Of a stretch of DNA of 64,000 nucleotides, positions 12,325-24,866 are shown one piece after another. The position numbers and the translations under genes were made by a program. The notes under the pieces are model-generated. The model had not been told where the DNA came from. It ran no database searches and saw only the letters and a program-made list of their open reading frames with translations. The stretch is from Lama glama (lineage: Eukaryota), in contig CM052816.1 in assembly GCA_028534125.1 (NCBI GenBank), positions 62,994,001-63,058,000 of the forward strand, given 5' to 3'. Position 1 is the first letter of the stretch; every line of letters starts with the position of its first letter.

Positions 12325-13308
12325 TGTGATAGTTTGCAAAATATGGATGCAATTACTCCCCAACTTGTATCTACACCCCTTGCAGTGTGATTTTGCAGAT
12401 CGTTTCATCAAAAGGTTAATTTTCCTAGCACTTGAGCTGCCTTGTGACTTGCCCTCGCTAGTTGTGGCAAAATTGTTATGTATCCATCCTAAGCCTAGGC
12501 CGTAAGACGCCTATACATTTCTGTATCCTCTCTTGGAACTCTGGCCAGCTGCTGTGTGAAAAACTAGGGCTACTCCCCTAAGACGATGAGCGATGTGAGC
12601 ATCTGTCACCTGGATTTCCCTGGTTTGGCAGCTAGCCGGCCACCAGAAATGTAAGTAAGAACATGCTAGACCAACCAGCCAACCTGCCAGCAAAACACAG
12701 ACACCCAATGCCATTCACAGCAACATGGATAGACCTGTTGGACATCATTCTAAGTGAAGTGAACCAGAAAGAAGAAAAATACCACATGATATATCACTCA
12801 TGTGTGGAATCTAAGAAAAATGAAGACACTAACAAACTTATCTGCAAAATAGAAACAGACTCACAGACATAGTAAACAAACTTACGGTTACTGGCGGGAA
12901 AGGTGGGGGGAAGGGATAAATTGGGAGTTCAAGATTTGCAGATACTAACTAGTATATATAAAATAGATAAAAAGCAAGTTTCTTCTGTATAGCACAGGCA
13001 ACTGTATTCAACATCTTGTACCTATACAAAAAAAGAATATGAAAATGAATATATGTATGTATGTATGACTAAAACATGATGCCGTTCACCAGAAATAACT
13101 GACACACTGTAAACTGACTATACTTAAATAAAAAGAAAAAGAAAAAACATAGATACACAAGCAAACCCAGCAGAGACCTGCTGATCTAGCTCTAATAGGT
13201 GAGCAGATCTATCCAGCCAACCTTCACTTGTGAGCCGGACTAAATGGTTATACTCAAAGCCACGCAGTTTGGGACTGCTTTGTTATATTGTAAAAGAAAA
13301 CTCATGTA
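12325..13308 (+). mobile_element. MLT1H/G-like MaLR solo LTR, split by an L1
   Basis: Begins 'tgtgatagtttgcaaaatatgg...ccccttgcagtgtgattttgcag'; ends 'aagccacgcagtttggg...ttgttat'. Confidence 0.7.
12706..13143 (+). mobile_element. Young (camelid-type) L1 3' end
   Basis: Encodes the ORF2 C-terminal MPFTATWIDLLDIILSEVNQKEE, then 3'UTR and A-tail. TSD AAAACACAGACAC (12692-12704) / AAAACATAGATAC (13144-13156). Confidence 0.9.
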
Positions 13309-13544
13309 CCATTTGAAAACTTTATTCATCTTATGATTTAATTTTTCTAATCTAATTAGCTCCCATTTAGGATCTAACTGAATAAAATTAAGAGAAAGAA
13401 CATAAATGTTTTCATTGGAATCAAACTGCTCATTCACTCTGAACATAGTTTCAAGGTTATCTTGCTACACGGCTGAGTGAAAATTGTTACTAGAAGACCA
13501 GTCGAGAGCTTTCTCTAGCTCTGAATACGTGTATGAACTGGGTA

Positions 13545-13750
13545 GGAGAGAGAACACGCCAGGGTAGGAGACCTTGTCCCTGTAGCGCCTTCCTGCCCTT
13601 TCTAGAGACCGGTGGGGCAGGGGAAAGGAAAGGATTACATTCCAAAGCTTCTGCCTGTTTTCTGTGCTGCTAAATCGAGATCCAAAAAAACCTCTTTTAG
13701 AGCCATGCTTTGCCAGACAACGGAAAACAGGCAGGATCAGCACAAGGAAG
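13545..13750 (+). repeat. Diverged direct repeat, copy 1 (partner ~15822-16040)
   Basis: TTCTAGAGAC[C/T]GGTGGGGC is 18/19 identical at 13600-13618 vs 15880-15898. Collinear ACCTT, TCCAAA and TGTGCTGCTA blocks lie at a ~2280-bp offset. Confidence 0.75.
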
Positions 13751-13780
13751 TAACAGGGGTCGGGGCTTCGTCAGATGCCC

Positions 13781-14295
13781 CAATGGGCTTCAGGACTGCT
13801 ACCCCAAAACACGGCACCGTGGTATGTTGAGTATTTTAAGCTGAAAGAGTCTGAGCAACAGCAGGTGAATGAAGGTCACTCTGGTCTTCACCTCCTCCTT
13901 TCCCCACTAAGCAGATCATAAGACTCTTCTATGAAGGGTGTCCTCCCCACACCCAGAGGAGAGCAGCAGCCTTGTCTCTGAAGATAGAGGGACCCTGAAA
14001 AGCATTCAAACCAGCAGGCCTTGCCAGATTTCCCCCAGTTCACGACACTCACCTCCTACTCTGCCCTAACCATATTTCCTTCTCCATGACTCTACATTCT
14101 GCATCAATCTAGCATAAAAATACTCAGATTTAACCATTTCTTCACATCTTCATTTTCTTAAGGTGGCTCCCATGTCACGTAAAATTAATATTTCACAAAT
14201 ATACGTGCTATTCTCCTGTCACTGTCTCTGTTAGATTGATTTTCAGACCCAGCCAGGGACTGTAAGAGAGTTAAGAAAATTTTTCCTCCCCTATA
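13781..14295 (+). mobile_element. ERV1-class solo LTR (MER39/MER34-group-like)
   Basis: Starts 'ttcaggactgctaccccaaaacacggcaccgtggtatgttgagtattttaagctgaa'; ends 'ttttcctccccta'. Confidence 0.75.
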
Positions 14296-15821
14296 ATTCC
14301 TTTACAAAGAAATTCACTTAATGTTCAGTACCAGTATCTGTCAGAGAAGTGGATGTTCAAGGTGAACTTGTTCACAATAGATGGAAGAATCATATAAACC
14401 AGGGGATCAGAGGAAAAAATTTTAGAGAAGGCTCCAAGTTCAAGTTACTTTGGCAACCCCAGGAGTTTGTGCCTTCTAAAAGATAAGGCACTGTTCAAAT
14501 ATAATATTATTCTCAGTTTACGTGGAAACTAAGGCTCAGAGCAGTGAAGCAACCCTCTAAAAGGTCTTATAAATTTCAAGCACTACAGTCTAACAACAAT
14601 CTCATACTTCAAAACAAGGTTTCTAAGAAAACAGACCTTCAAAATTAGTTTAGAGTATCTTCTTTGCCAGCCTAATAATCCTTGGGTATGATCTAAAGTC
14701 CCTTCTTAAAGAATGGAAAGATGTGGCTGTGATTTTTTTCCCTATTTTGCATTGAAAAATATATGTAATTGGCATCCTTGTTACATAGATCTTTCCAAAA
14801 ATTGAAATCAAATCATCCTTAATTTCTCTGAGATGAGTAACAGAAGGTACAGCTGAGACCCTGTCAATATGCAGGCTCCACCAGCGTGAGTCATGCTGTC
14901 TCTCAAACCTGTGGCTTATATTTTGCATAATTCTGCATAGAATGTGTTTGTTGCCTCTCATATTCAATTAGTAAGTCCTTAAGTTGTAAAGTAAATCACA
15001 CCCTGAAGTAAAAATGGAAGAGCAGTAGCTATGAGTCTTTGCTATTGGATTAACATCAGCCCTTTAAGTTTTGTTTGGACTTAGCTTATTTTACCATGAT
15101 TTAAAAAAATAAAACATCATTTTCTTGACAAGAGATTGACAAGTAAAAACTGGATAGGCTCAATTTTCCTGGAAAATGGACATCTTACTAAATGTGTGTG
15201 CCATGCTGCCACAGAATTACAGTTAGAAAACAAGTGTATTTCCTTGAGAATTGAAATTATATTGTTTGCTAAATGCTGCTAAACAGCACCAAGTTGTTTG
15301 TTAATACTATTCTAGCTGGTGGAAACCAGGAAAGTGACAGAAATTAACTTCTGATAAAGATAACACTGAAGTTCCGACCTCGTTGGTGTTTCTCCTATTT
15401 CCAAGGAGTTTGTAAGGAGACGTTCACTGAGCATCTTCTTTATTCAAGGAGCTGTGCTAGGGACACAGGGGCAATAAGACAACTCCTCAAGAACCTCCAA
15501 ACCTTAGACAGATGTACAGGTAACAGCCAGATGAGACAGAATGTTTAAAGTACCACTGGAGAGGGAAAGAGAAAGAGTTCCAAGGAAAACTCTTTACTGC
15601 TGGACGACTTAGTTCCTTCTCTGCGCTGCCTGTTGACACAATGTGCTTTGCTACCTCAGGGATGTTTTTTAAGTTGATACCAAAAACACATTGATAAAAC
15701 TCTGAAATTTGTAACTTCCATCTGAAAAGAGGGTGTCTCCAAAGGGAATTACATTCCAGGAATTCACTTCAAAATAAACTACAAAACCCTGGTGAAGAGG
15801 GTGGAAATTTCACAGCAGCGG

Positions 15822-16040
15822 AAGAGGTAAATAATGCCTAAGTAGAGGACACCTTAGCTCTGCATTGGCCTCCTTCCTCTTCTAGAGACTGGTGGGGCCG
15901 GGTAAAAATAGGGAATGAAATCCAAACTTCTGTCTACTCTGTGTGCTGCTACAAGTTGAAAAGTTGAAATAGTAAAGAACTTTTTGTATAGTCATTCTCT
16001 ACAAGACTGTGGCAACCAAGTGTGATTAGAACAAAGAAAG
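15822..16040 (+). repeat. Diverged direct repeat, copy 2
   Basis: See copy 1; similarity ends where the L1 5' region starts at ~16040. Confidence 0.75.
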
Positions 16041-17501
16041 GAGCTTGGCAAATCCTTTCTCCCAAAAGCAACAATAAAGTTTGACAAAATTGTCACAACC
16101 ATTTCAAGACCCTGGAAATCAACTAAAGCCTTGGGGAAAATAGAAGAGCTCTATTCAAAGAAAGAACTACTAAACCTCTGGCAAAAAACAGTGACAGTCT
16201 ATATATAGCCTTCCTGCCTGAAGCTTCTCTGATAACCCTGTCCTAGGTTGGTGACTGCAATAGGTGAATAACGGCAGGGCAAGCCACGAGAACCAGCAGC
16301 TTCACCGCCAGGAGGGGTTCACTAGGTTTGGAGCAGAAAGTAGAAAAACTCCACACACAGGCACATGGTCATAAGCAGCAGCAATTTCAGTAATAGACAG
16401 GGAAAGTCAATGGAACGGCTAACCCGAGGTTGCAGCCCTGGTTGAGGCAAACAATGGAATGACAGGGTAGTCAGATTCAACAGGGAGGTCTAAGGGATGG
16501 GATAGATACAGGGATCCTTGATAAGTATCCACACATCCCTGGACGTCTGGAAGGCTTTGCTCATGTGCAAGGCTGTATGCATGCAAAGTAGAGGCCAGAG
16601 AGGACCCTAGCCATCTACCTACCCTGTCTGAACCCAATGTCATGTGCACATGCAAACAAAGTACAAAAGGACTCAATGGAAAACAAAAGCCTGGGATTTG
16701 AATCCATTCTCTAACTCACATGCAGAATCCATGCAGGGTTGGGAAGTGGTAATGTCTCGAGGTGTTTAAGTACAACCTCTGTTGAACCATTGGCTGAATG
16801 ATGGTAACACAGGAGAGACCACTGGGAAGCTAGGTTTTATGGCAGAAAAATAAACTTTTTTTGAGCAGAGACATTAACAGATGCATACTGAGGGTGAAAC
16901 AGACTATACAGATCGAGTCCAAGCAAGTAAATAAAAAATTTAAATAGAATCCCAAAGTGCTATATTATCAAAAACATTCAGTTTTTCAATCAGAATTATG
17001 AGAGATATGCAAATAAAATGAAAATGTGGATACAAATGTTGGACTTAGCAGATGAAGACTTTAAGGTAACTATTATTATATTCAAAGAATTAAGGAAACC
17101 ATGTATAAAAACTTCTTAACAGCTTTACTGAGATATAGTGTACATCCAATGTAATTCACTCATTTAACATGTACAATTCAGTGAGTTTTAATAGATGATT
17201 TACAAATCTGTGTGACCATCACCACAGTCATTTTTTAAACATTTTGATTACCTCAAAAAGAAATGTTGTATCATTTAGGTATCGCCCCTCATTCCCTATT
17301 CCACTCTCCAGTCCCAAGAAATGACTCACCTACTTTCCGTATCTATAGATTTGCATATTCTGGATATTTCATTTAAATGGAATCCTAATTTTTTTATTTT
17401 AAACAACTGACTTTTACACTTGGCATAGTTTTTTCAAGGTTCATTCATATTTAATTTAGGGGAAAGCATCCATGTTGTTCCACTTATCTCTTAATCCCTT
17501 T

Positions 17502-19205
17502 TTTAAAAAATTTTATTTCATTGAAGTATAGTTGATTTACAATGTTATTTGTTTCTGGTGTACAGCAGAGTGATTCATTCAGCAATACGTATACATATAT
17601 TCATATTCTGTTCTATTATAGGTTACCACAAGATACTGAATATAGTTCCCTATGCTATATACTGCAAACTTTTAGTTTATCTATTTTATATATAGTAGTT
17701 TGTATCTGCTAATTCAAATTCCTAATTTATCCCCTCCCCTTGCCACTTTCCTCCTTGGTAACCATAAGTTGTTTTTTCTTTCCATGTCTGTGAATCTGTT
17801 CCTGTTTTATAAATAAGTTCATTTGTATCATACTTGAGATTCCACATATAAGTGATATCATGGATATTTGTCTTTGACTTATTTAACTTAGTATGAAAAT
17901 CTCTAGATCCACCCATGTTGTGGCAAATGGCATTATTTCATTCTTTTTTATGACTGAGTCATATTCCATTTTGTGTGTGTGTGTGTGTGTATACATATAT
18001 ATATATATATGTATATGTGTACCACATCTTCTTTATCCATTCAGATGTCAATGTCCATTCATCTTCTTTATCCATTCAAATGTCATATGTCATTCAGGTT
18101 GCTTCCATGTCTTGACTATTGTAAATAGTGCTGCTATGAAATTGGGGTGTGTGTATCTTTTTGAATTAGTTTTCTCTGGATATATGCCCAGGAGTGGGAT
18201 TTCTGGGTCATATGGTAAGTCTATTTTTCATTTTTAAAGGAACCTCCATACTGTTTTCCATAGTGACTGCACCAATTTACTTTCCCACCAACAGTATAGG
18301 AGGGTTCCCTTTTCTCCACACCCTCTCCATAATTTATCATTTGTAGACATTTTAATAATGATCATTCTGACCAGTGTGAGGTGATACCTCATTGTAGTTT
18401 TGATCTACACTTCTCTAATAATTAGCAATGTTGAGCATCTTTTCATGTGCCTATTGGCCATCTGTATGTTTTATTTGGAGAAATGTCTATGTAAGTCTTC
18501 TGCCCATTTTTAAATTGGGTTTATTTGTTTTGTTATTGAGTTGTATGAGCTGTTTGTATATTTTGGAAATTAAGCCCTTACTGGTAACATCATTTGCAAA
18601 TGTTTTTCCCCAGTCTGTAGGTTTTCATTTTGCTTACGGTTTCCTTTGCTGTGCAAAAGCTTATAAGTGTAATTAGGTCCTACTTGTTTATTTTTGCTTT
18701 TGTTTCTATTGCCTTGGGAGAATGACCTAAGAAAATATTGCTGCCATTTATGTCAGAATTTTTGCCTATGTTCTCTTCTAGGAGTTTTATGGTGTCATGT
18801 CTTATATTTAAGTCTTTAAGTCATTTTGAGTTTATTTTTATGTATGGTGTGAAGGTGTGTTCTGATTTCACGTCTGCATGCAGCTGTCCAGTTTTCCCAA
18901 CACCTTTTGCTGAAGAGACTTGTCTTTTCTCAATTGTATATTCTTGCCTACTTTATCGAAGATTAATTGACTATAAATGTGTGGGTTTATTTCTGGGCTC
19001 TCTATTTTGTTCCATTGATCCATATGTCTGATTTTGTGCCAATACCACCCTGTTTTGACACTGTAGCTTTGTAGTGTTGTCTCAAATCTGGGAGAGTTAT
19101 GCCTCCAACTTTGCATCCAATAACCCATGACATTTTTCACAAAAATAGAATAATCCTAAAGTTTATGTGGAACCATAAAAGACCCAGAATTGCCAAAGCA
19201 ATCTT
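17502..19205 (-). mobile_element. Young L1 with 5' inversion (twin-priming structure)
   Basis: Antisense 3'UTR plus ORF2 to 19113 (e.g. HMDQWNKIESPEINPHIYSQLIFDK), then a sense-oriented piece at 19114-19205 encoding ...KFMWNHKRPRIAKAI. TSD-like CTTAATCCCTTT / CTTCATTCCTTT. Confidence 0.85.
17972..18020. repeat. (TG)n(TA)n compound microsatellite within L1
   Basis: Directly visible. Confidence 0.95.
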
Positions 19206-19544
19206 CATTCCTTTATGATCAAATAATATTCCATTGTATGACTGTAACATTCTTTATTTATTAGTTGATGTACATTAGAATTAATTCCACCTTTTCGATG
19301 TTATGAGTAGTACCACTATAAACATTCACGTACAAGTTTTTGTGTATAAAATCACTGCTTTGGGGTATATACCTAGGAGTGTAGTTGCTAGAACTCTATG
19401 TTAAACTGAGGAACTCCCAAATGCTTCCCCACTAGCATTTTATGAGTGTTCCAGTTTCTCCACATCTTCAACACTTTTTATCATCTGACTTTTTGATTCT
19501 AGCCACCTTAGTGTGTTATGAATTGGTATCTCATTGTGTTTTTT

Positions 19545-19600
19545 GTTTTGGGGGGTTTTTTGAGTTATAGTCAGTTTACAGTGTTGTGTCAACTTCTGGT
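19545..19600 (-). mobile_element. Tiny L1 3'-terminal insertion
   Basis: T-rich tail plus 'gagttatagtcagtttacagtgttgtgtcaacttctgg', between TCATTGTGTTTTT / TCACTGTAGTTTTT. Confidence 0.65.
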
Positions 19601-21181
19601 TCACTGTAGTTTTTACTTGCATTTCCCTGATGTCTAATGATGTCAAAAATGTCTTCATGTTCATGCTGCCCATTTGAATACCTTCTTCGGTAAAATGCCT
19701 ACACAGAAACCTGGCCTATTTTTAAATTATTTTTATTATTATTATTGAGTTGTGTGAGGTCTTTGTGTAGTCTAGAGTAAATGCTTTTCAGATATGTAAT
19801 TTGTAATTAATTTCTCCCCTCTGTGGGTTGTTCTTGATAGTGTCTTTAAGCAGAAAAGTTTAAATTTTGATGAAGTCCAATTTATCAATTTTGTTTCCAC
19901 TGCTTTTGATGTCACATTTAAGAATCCAGGCTCAAATCCAATGTCAAGAAAATTTACAACTAAGTTTTTTGTTGTTGTTGTTGTTGGCATGTGGATACCC
20001 AGTTATCCAGCACCATTTTTTGAAAATATTTTCCATTATCTATTAAATGGTTTGAGGACCCTCATTGAAAAACAGTTGACTTTAGTTGTTTGGTTTATTT
20101 CTGGACTCTCAATTCTATTTAATCAATCTATAACCTTAGGCCAATACCACAATGTTGCTTCATAGTAAGCTTTGAAATTGCCAAGTGTGAATATTCCAAC
20201 TTTGTTTTCCTTCATTAAGATCGTTTGGGCTATTCTGAGTCTGTGGTAATTCCCTATGAATTTTTAGAATTAGCTGGTTAACATATACAAAAAAGTCAGC
20301 TGGGATTCTGATAGGAATTATATGGAATCTATAGTTCAATTTGGATATTTTTCTTCCTAACACAATTAAGTTTTAGTAACATGTTTTCCCAATTATTTTG
20401 ATCTTCTGAAATTTCTTCTAGCAATGTTTTGTAGTTTTTAAGAGTATAGGTTTTACATACACTTCTGTTAAATGTGTTCCTATTTTATTCCTATGACGCT
20501 ATTGTAAATGGAATTGTATTGTTTTCTTAATATCGTTGTGCAATGTTCTGACAACTTAGATAAATACTGTAAATTTTGTATATTGATCTTGTGTCCTGCA
20601 GACTTGCTGAACTTTATTAGTTCTAACATTTTTTAGAAAATCTCAAAGAATAACTATATACACAATTATATCATCTGCATATAGAGATAGTTTTATTTCT
20701 TCCTTTCCAATCTAGATCCATTTAATTTACTTTTTTAAGACCTAATTGCCCTACCTGACTGTCTAGTACAATGTTGAACAGGAGTGGTGAGTGCAAGCAT
20801 TCTCGGCTTGCTCCTGGTCTTAGAGGAAAGCGTTTAGTGTTTAATTAGGGATGACATTCAGTGTGTTTTTCTTCATAGATGTCCTTTATCAGGTTGAGGA
20901 AGTTACCTTCCATTCCTAATTTCAGTATTTTTACCATGAATGGGTTGTGGATTTTGTCAAAAGGTTGGAAGTAAAGGGATGGCAAAAAACATACAATGCA
21001 AAATGTACCTATAACAGCTGGAATGCCATGCTAATAGACAAAATTAACTCCTGATAAAAAAAATTACTACTAGAAACAAAGATAGCCATTTCAGAGTGAC
21101 AGTAGTATTTCATTAGGGAAACATAATATGAATACTTATGTGCCTAATAAGGAACCCAAAAATACATTAAATAAAAATGAC

Positions 21182-21325
21182 ATACTTATGGTAGCTCAGA
21201 GAGAAAAAAATGTGACAATGAATATATATATATGTTCATGTATAACTGAAAAATTATGCTCTACACTGGAATTTGACACATTGTAAAATGATTATAAATT
21301 TAATAAAAAATGTTTAAAAAAATAA
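21182..21325 (+). mobile_element. Short young L1 3' end
   Basis: 'atgttcatgtataactgaaaaattatgctctacactggaatttgacacattgtaaaatgattata' plus A-tail; flanks AATAAAAATGA / AATAAAATTGA. Confidence 0.7.
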
Positions 21326-22051
21326 ATAAAATTGAAATTAATTAATTAATTATCATCAACATAATTGACCCTTTAATCCTAAGGTTGAGTTTCAAAGAAA
21401 ACAATAACATAATTGAAATTAAAAAATAGTTGATCCAACAATAGTTGGAGACATTAATACCTGAGTCTAAATAACTGATAGAAAAGGAAGACAGAAAATT
21501 AATAAAGATAAAGAAGAGTTGAGAAACACTATCAGCCAACTCGAATGAACTGAAATCCATAGAACACTCCACCCAATAAGAGCAAAACACATATTCTTTT
21601 CAAGTGAACATGCAACTTTCTCTGTGACAGACCATATGAGAGTCCATAATACAAGTCTCAGTAAATTTAAAGTAACTGAAATAATCAGAATTAGAAATAA
21701 GCAATATAGACAATTTTGGGAAATCTCTACATATTTGGAAATTAAACAATTCTAAACAATCCAAGGCTCAAAGATGAAGCCACAAGTATAATTAGAAAGT
21801 ATTTTGGCATTAAAATGAAAACACAACTGATAAAAATTTGCAAGAAGCAGCCAAAGCAGTGCTTAGAGAGCAGTATGTAGAAACACCTGTCTTAGGAAAG
21901 TAGAATGATCACAAGTTAATGACCTAAGACACTACCTTAAGAAGCTATGAACAATAGAACTGAACCCAAAGCAGATTGAAAAATGAAGCAATAAAGATTA
22001 GAGGCCAAATAGATTAAACATAAAACAGATTTTTAAAATCAAGGGAAACCA

Positions 22052-23595
22052 AATGAAGCTGGAGGAATAACCCTCCCAGATGTCAGACAACACTGCACAG
22101 CTACAGCCATCACAACATGGCATTGGTACAAAAGCAGACGTGTGGATCAATGGAACAGAACAGAGAGCCCAGAAATGAACCCACAGACTTTTGGTCAATT
22201 AATCTTTGACAAAGGAGGCAAGAACACAATGGAGTATAAAGACAGTCTCTTCAGCAAATGGTGTTGGGATAACTGGACAGCTGCATGTAAATCAGTGAAG
22301 TCAGAACACTCCCTTCACACCACACACAAAAATAAACTCAAAATGGCTTCAAGACTTAAACATAAGACAAGACACTATAAACCTCCTAAACGAAAACATA
22401 GGCAAAACATTCTCTGACATAAATCTCAGCACTGTGTTCTCCTAGGGTAGTCTACCCAGGCTATATAAATAGAAGCTAAAATAAACAAATGGGACCTAAT
22501 TAAACTTACAAGCATTTGCACAGCAGAGGAAACCATAAGCAAAACAAAAAGACCACCTACAGAATGGGAAAAAATATTTGCAAAAGATGAGACTGACAAG
22601 GGTTTAATTTCCAAAATGTATAAACAGCTCATACAACTTAATAATAAAAAAACAACACAATCCAAAAATGGGCAGAAGACCTAAACAAGCAATTCTCCAA
22701 TGAATACATACAAATGGCCAATAGGCACATGAAAAAATGCTCAGTATTGCTAATTATCAGAGAAATGCAAATCAAAACTACAATGAGATATCACCTCACA
22801 CCAGTCATAATGGCCATCATCAAAAACTCCACAAACTATAAATGCTGGAGAGGCTGTGGAGAAAAGAGAACCCTCCCACACTGTTGGTGGGAATGTAGTT
22901 TGGTACAGCCATCATAGAAAACAGTATGGAGATTACTCAAAAGACTAAAACCAGACTTACCATATGACCCAGCAATCTCATTCCTGGGCATATATCCAGA
23001 GAGAACCTTAATTCAAAATAATACATGCACCCCAATGTTCATAGCAGCACTATATACAATAGCCAAGACATGGAAACAACCTAAATGTCCATCGACAGAT
23101 GACTGGATAAAGAAGTTGTGGTATGTTTATACAATGGGATACTACTCAGCCACAAAAAAAATAAAGCCATTTGCAGCAATATGGATGGATCTGGAGATTG
23201 TCTTTCTAAGTGAAGTAAGTCAGAAAAAGAAAAATACGAATTTACACCACTTATATGTGGAATCTCAAAAAAAAAAAAAGACAAACATATTTACAAAACA
23301 GAAACAGACTCACAGACATAGAAAACAAACTTATGGTTACTTCTGGGGGAAGGGGATGGGAAGGGATGAATTGGGAATTCAAGATTTGCAGATACTAATA
23401 TATACAAAATAGATAAACAACAAGTTAATACTATATAGCACAGGGAACTATGTTCAATATCTTGTAGTAACATGCTGAGAAAGAAAATGAAAATGAATAT
23501 ATGTATGTTCATGTATGATTGAAGCATTATGCTATACACTAGAAATTGACACAAACTGACTATACTTCAATAAGTAAATATATATATATATATAT
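22052..23595 (+). mobile_element. Young (camelid-type) L1, 3' 1.5 kb (ORF2 C-terminus + 3'UTR), disrupted
   Basis: Frame-shifted ORF2 peptides [44 protein letters not shown] (CCHC region) and MFIAALYTIAKTWKQPKCPSTDDWIKK. TSD AAATCAAGG(G)AAACCA at 22036-22051 / 23596-23610; (TA)n tail. Confidence 0.95.
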
Positions 23596-24310
23596 AAATC
23601 AAGGAAACCAATTTTCCTTGAAAAACAAAATTAACACAGTTTTAGACTGACTGACACAGAAAAAAAAGAAACATGAATTAGCAATATCAGGAATGAATTT
23701 ATCAGGAATGAAAAATAAATTTATATTTATCATACACAAACACTGAACCAAAATGTTATACACCTAAATGTAAGAGCTAAAACTATAAAATGATTACAAG
23801 AAAAAATCCCGGAAAAATACTTGCGAGCTTATAAATATTATGCAAAGAATTCTTAGATATGACACCACAAAAAGGACTACCGATGAGTGAATTTCACTGA
23901 AACTGAAAAATTTTGCACTTCAAAATACATTAAGAAAAGACAAACCAAGTCCGGGAGAATGATATTTGCAAATCACATGACCAATGAAGAACTCATATCC
24001 AGAATATGTAAAAAACTCTTACTACTAAATCATTGGAAGATAAATAATGCAATTAAAAAATAGAAGAGTTGAATATACATTTCATCAAAGAAGATATAAT
24101 GGCAAATAAGCACATGAATATACAGCCAAGATTATTAGTTATTAAGGAAATGCAATTAAGGGCACAGTGAGACACCACTTCACACCCACTAGACTGGCTA
24201 TGATCAAAACGACAGACCATAACACATGCTGGTGAGGATGAAGAGAAAGTAGGACCCCCCTGCTCTGCTGGTGGTAATGGCCAGTGCTGTCAGCACTTCA
24301 GACACCAGTT

Positions 24311-24866
24311 TGGTAAGACAGACTCTAAAATGGCCCCTAGCAATTCCCACCTCCCATTCGTCACTCCGTTTGTCATCACCTCTCCTTTAGTCTGGGCACA
24401 ACAAGTGGCTTGCTTGTAACCAACAGAATATGGTAAAGGAATGTTAGCTTCCATGATTACATTTTGTAAGATTAAAACCACTCTCTTGCTAATAGACTCT
24501 CTCCCTTGCTGACTTTGATGAAGTAATCTCCTATGTTGTGAGCTGTCCTACAGAGAGGCCATGCAGCAAGAAGTGAAGTTAGACTTTGGCAGACAGACAA
24601 CAAGAAACTGAGGCCACATCAGTCCAACAACCCCGTAAGGAAATAAACTCTTCCAAAAACCACATGAGCTTGAATGCAGATTCTCCAAAGATATTTGAGA
24701 TAAAATCACAGTTGCAGCACTTTGACTGCTGCCTTGTGAGAGACCCTGAGCCAGAGGACCCAACTAAACCAAGCTCAGAGTCCTGACACATAAAAACTAC
24801 GAGACAGTATGTTTATGTGGTTTTTAGCTACTAAATTTGCAGTTTTCCACAGCAAACAGTAACAGT
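24311..24866 (+). mobile_element. MLT1E-like MaLR solo LTR inside L1
   Basis: 'agacagactctaaaatggccc...gagagaccctgagccagaggacccaactaa...ctactaaatttg'. It interrupts the L1 text 'cagtttgg|cagtttcttaaaaag'. Confidence 0.8.

Larger units (their letters stand above)
17115..20960 (-). mobile_element. L1MB-like antisense L1 nested in the older L1
   Basis: 3' end 'aacagctttactgagatatag...catgtacaattcagtg', continuing as antisense ORF2 through 19206-20960. Confidence 0.8.

Noticed and set aside
22142..23412. ORFs with clear protein homology (L1 ORF2 C-terminus)
   Set aside because: Frame-shifted pieces of a 5'-truncated L1, not a host gene or an intact reverse transcriptase.
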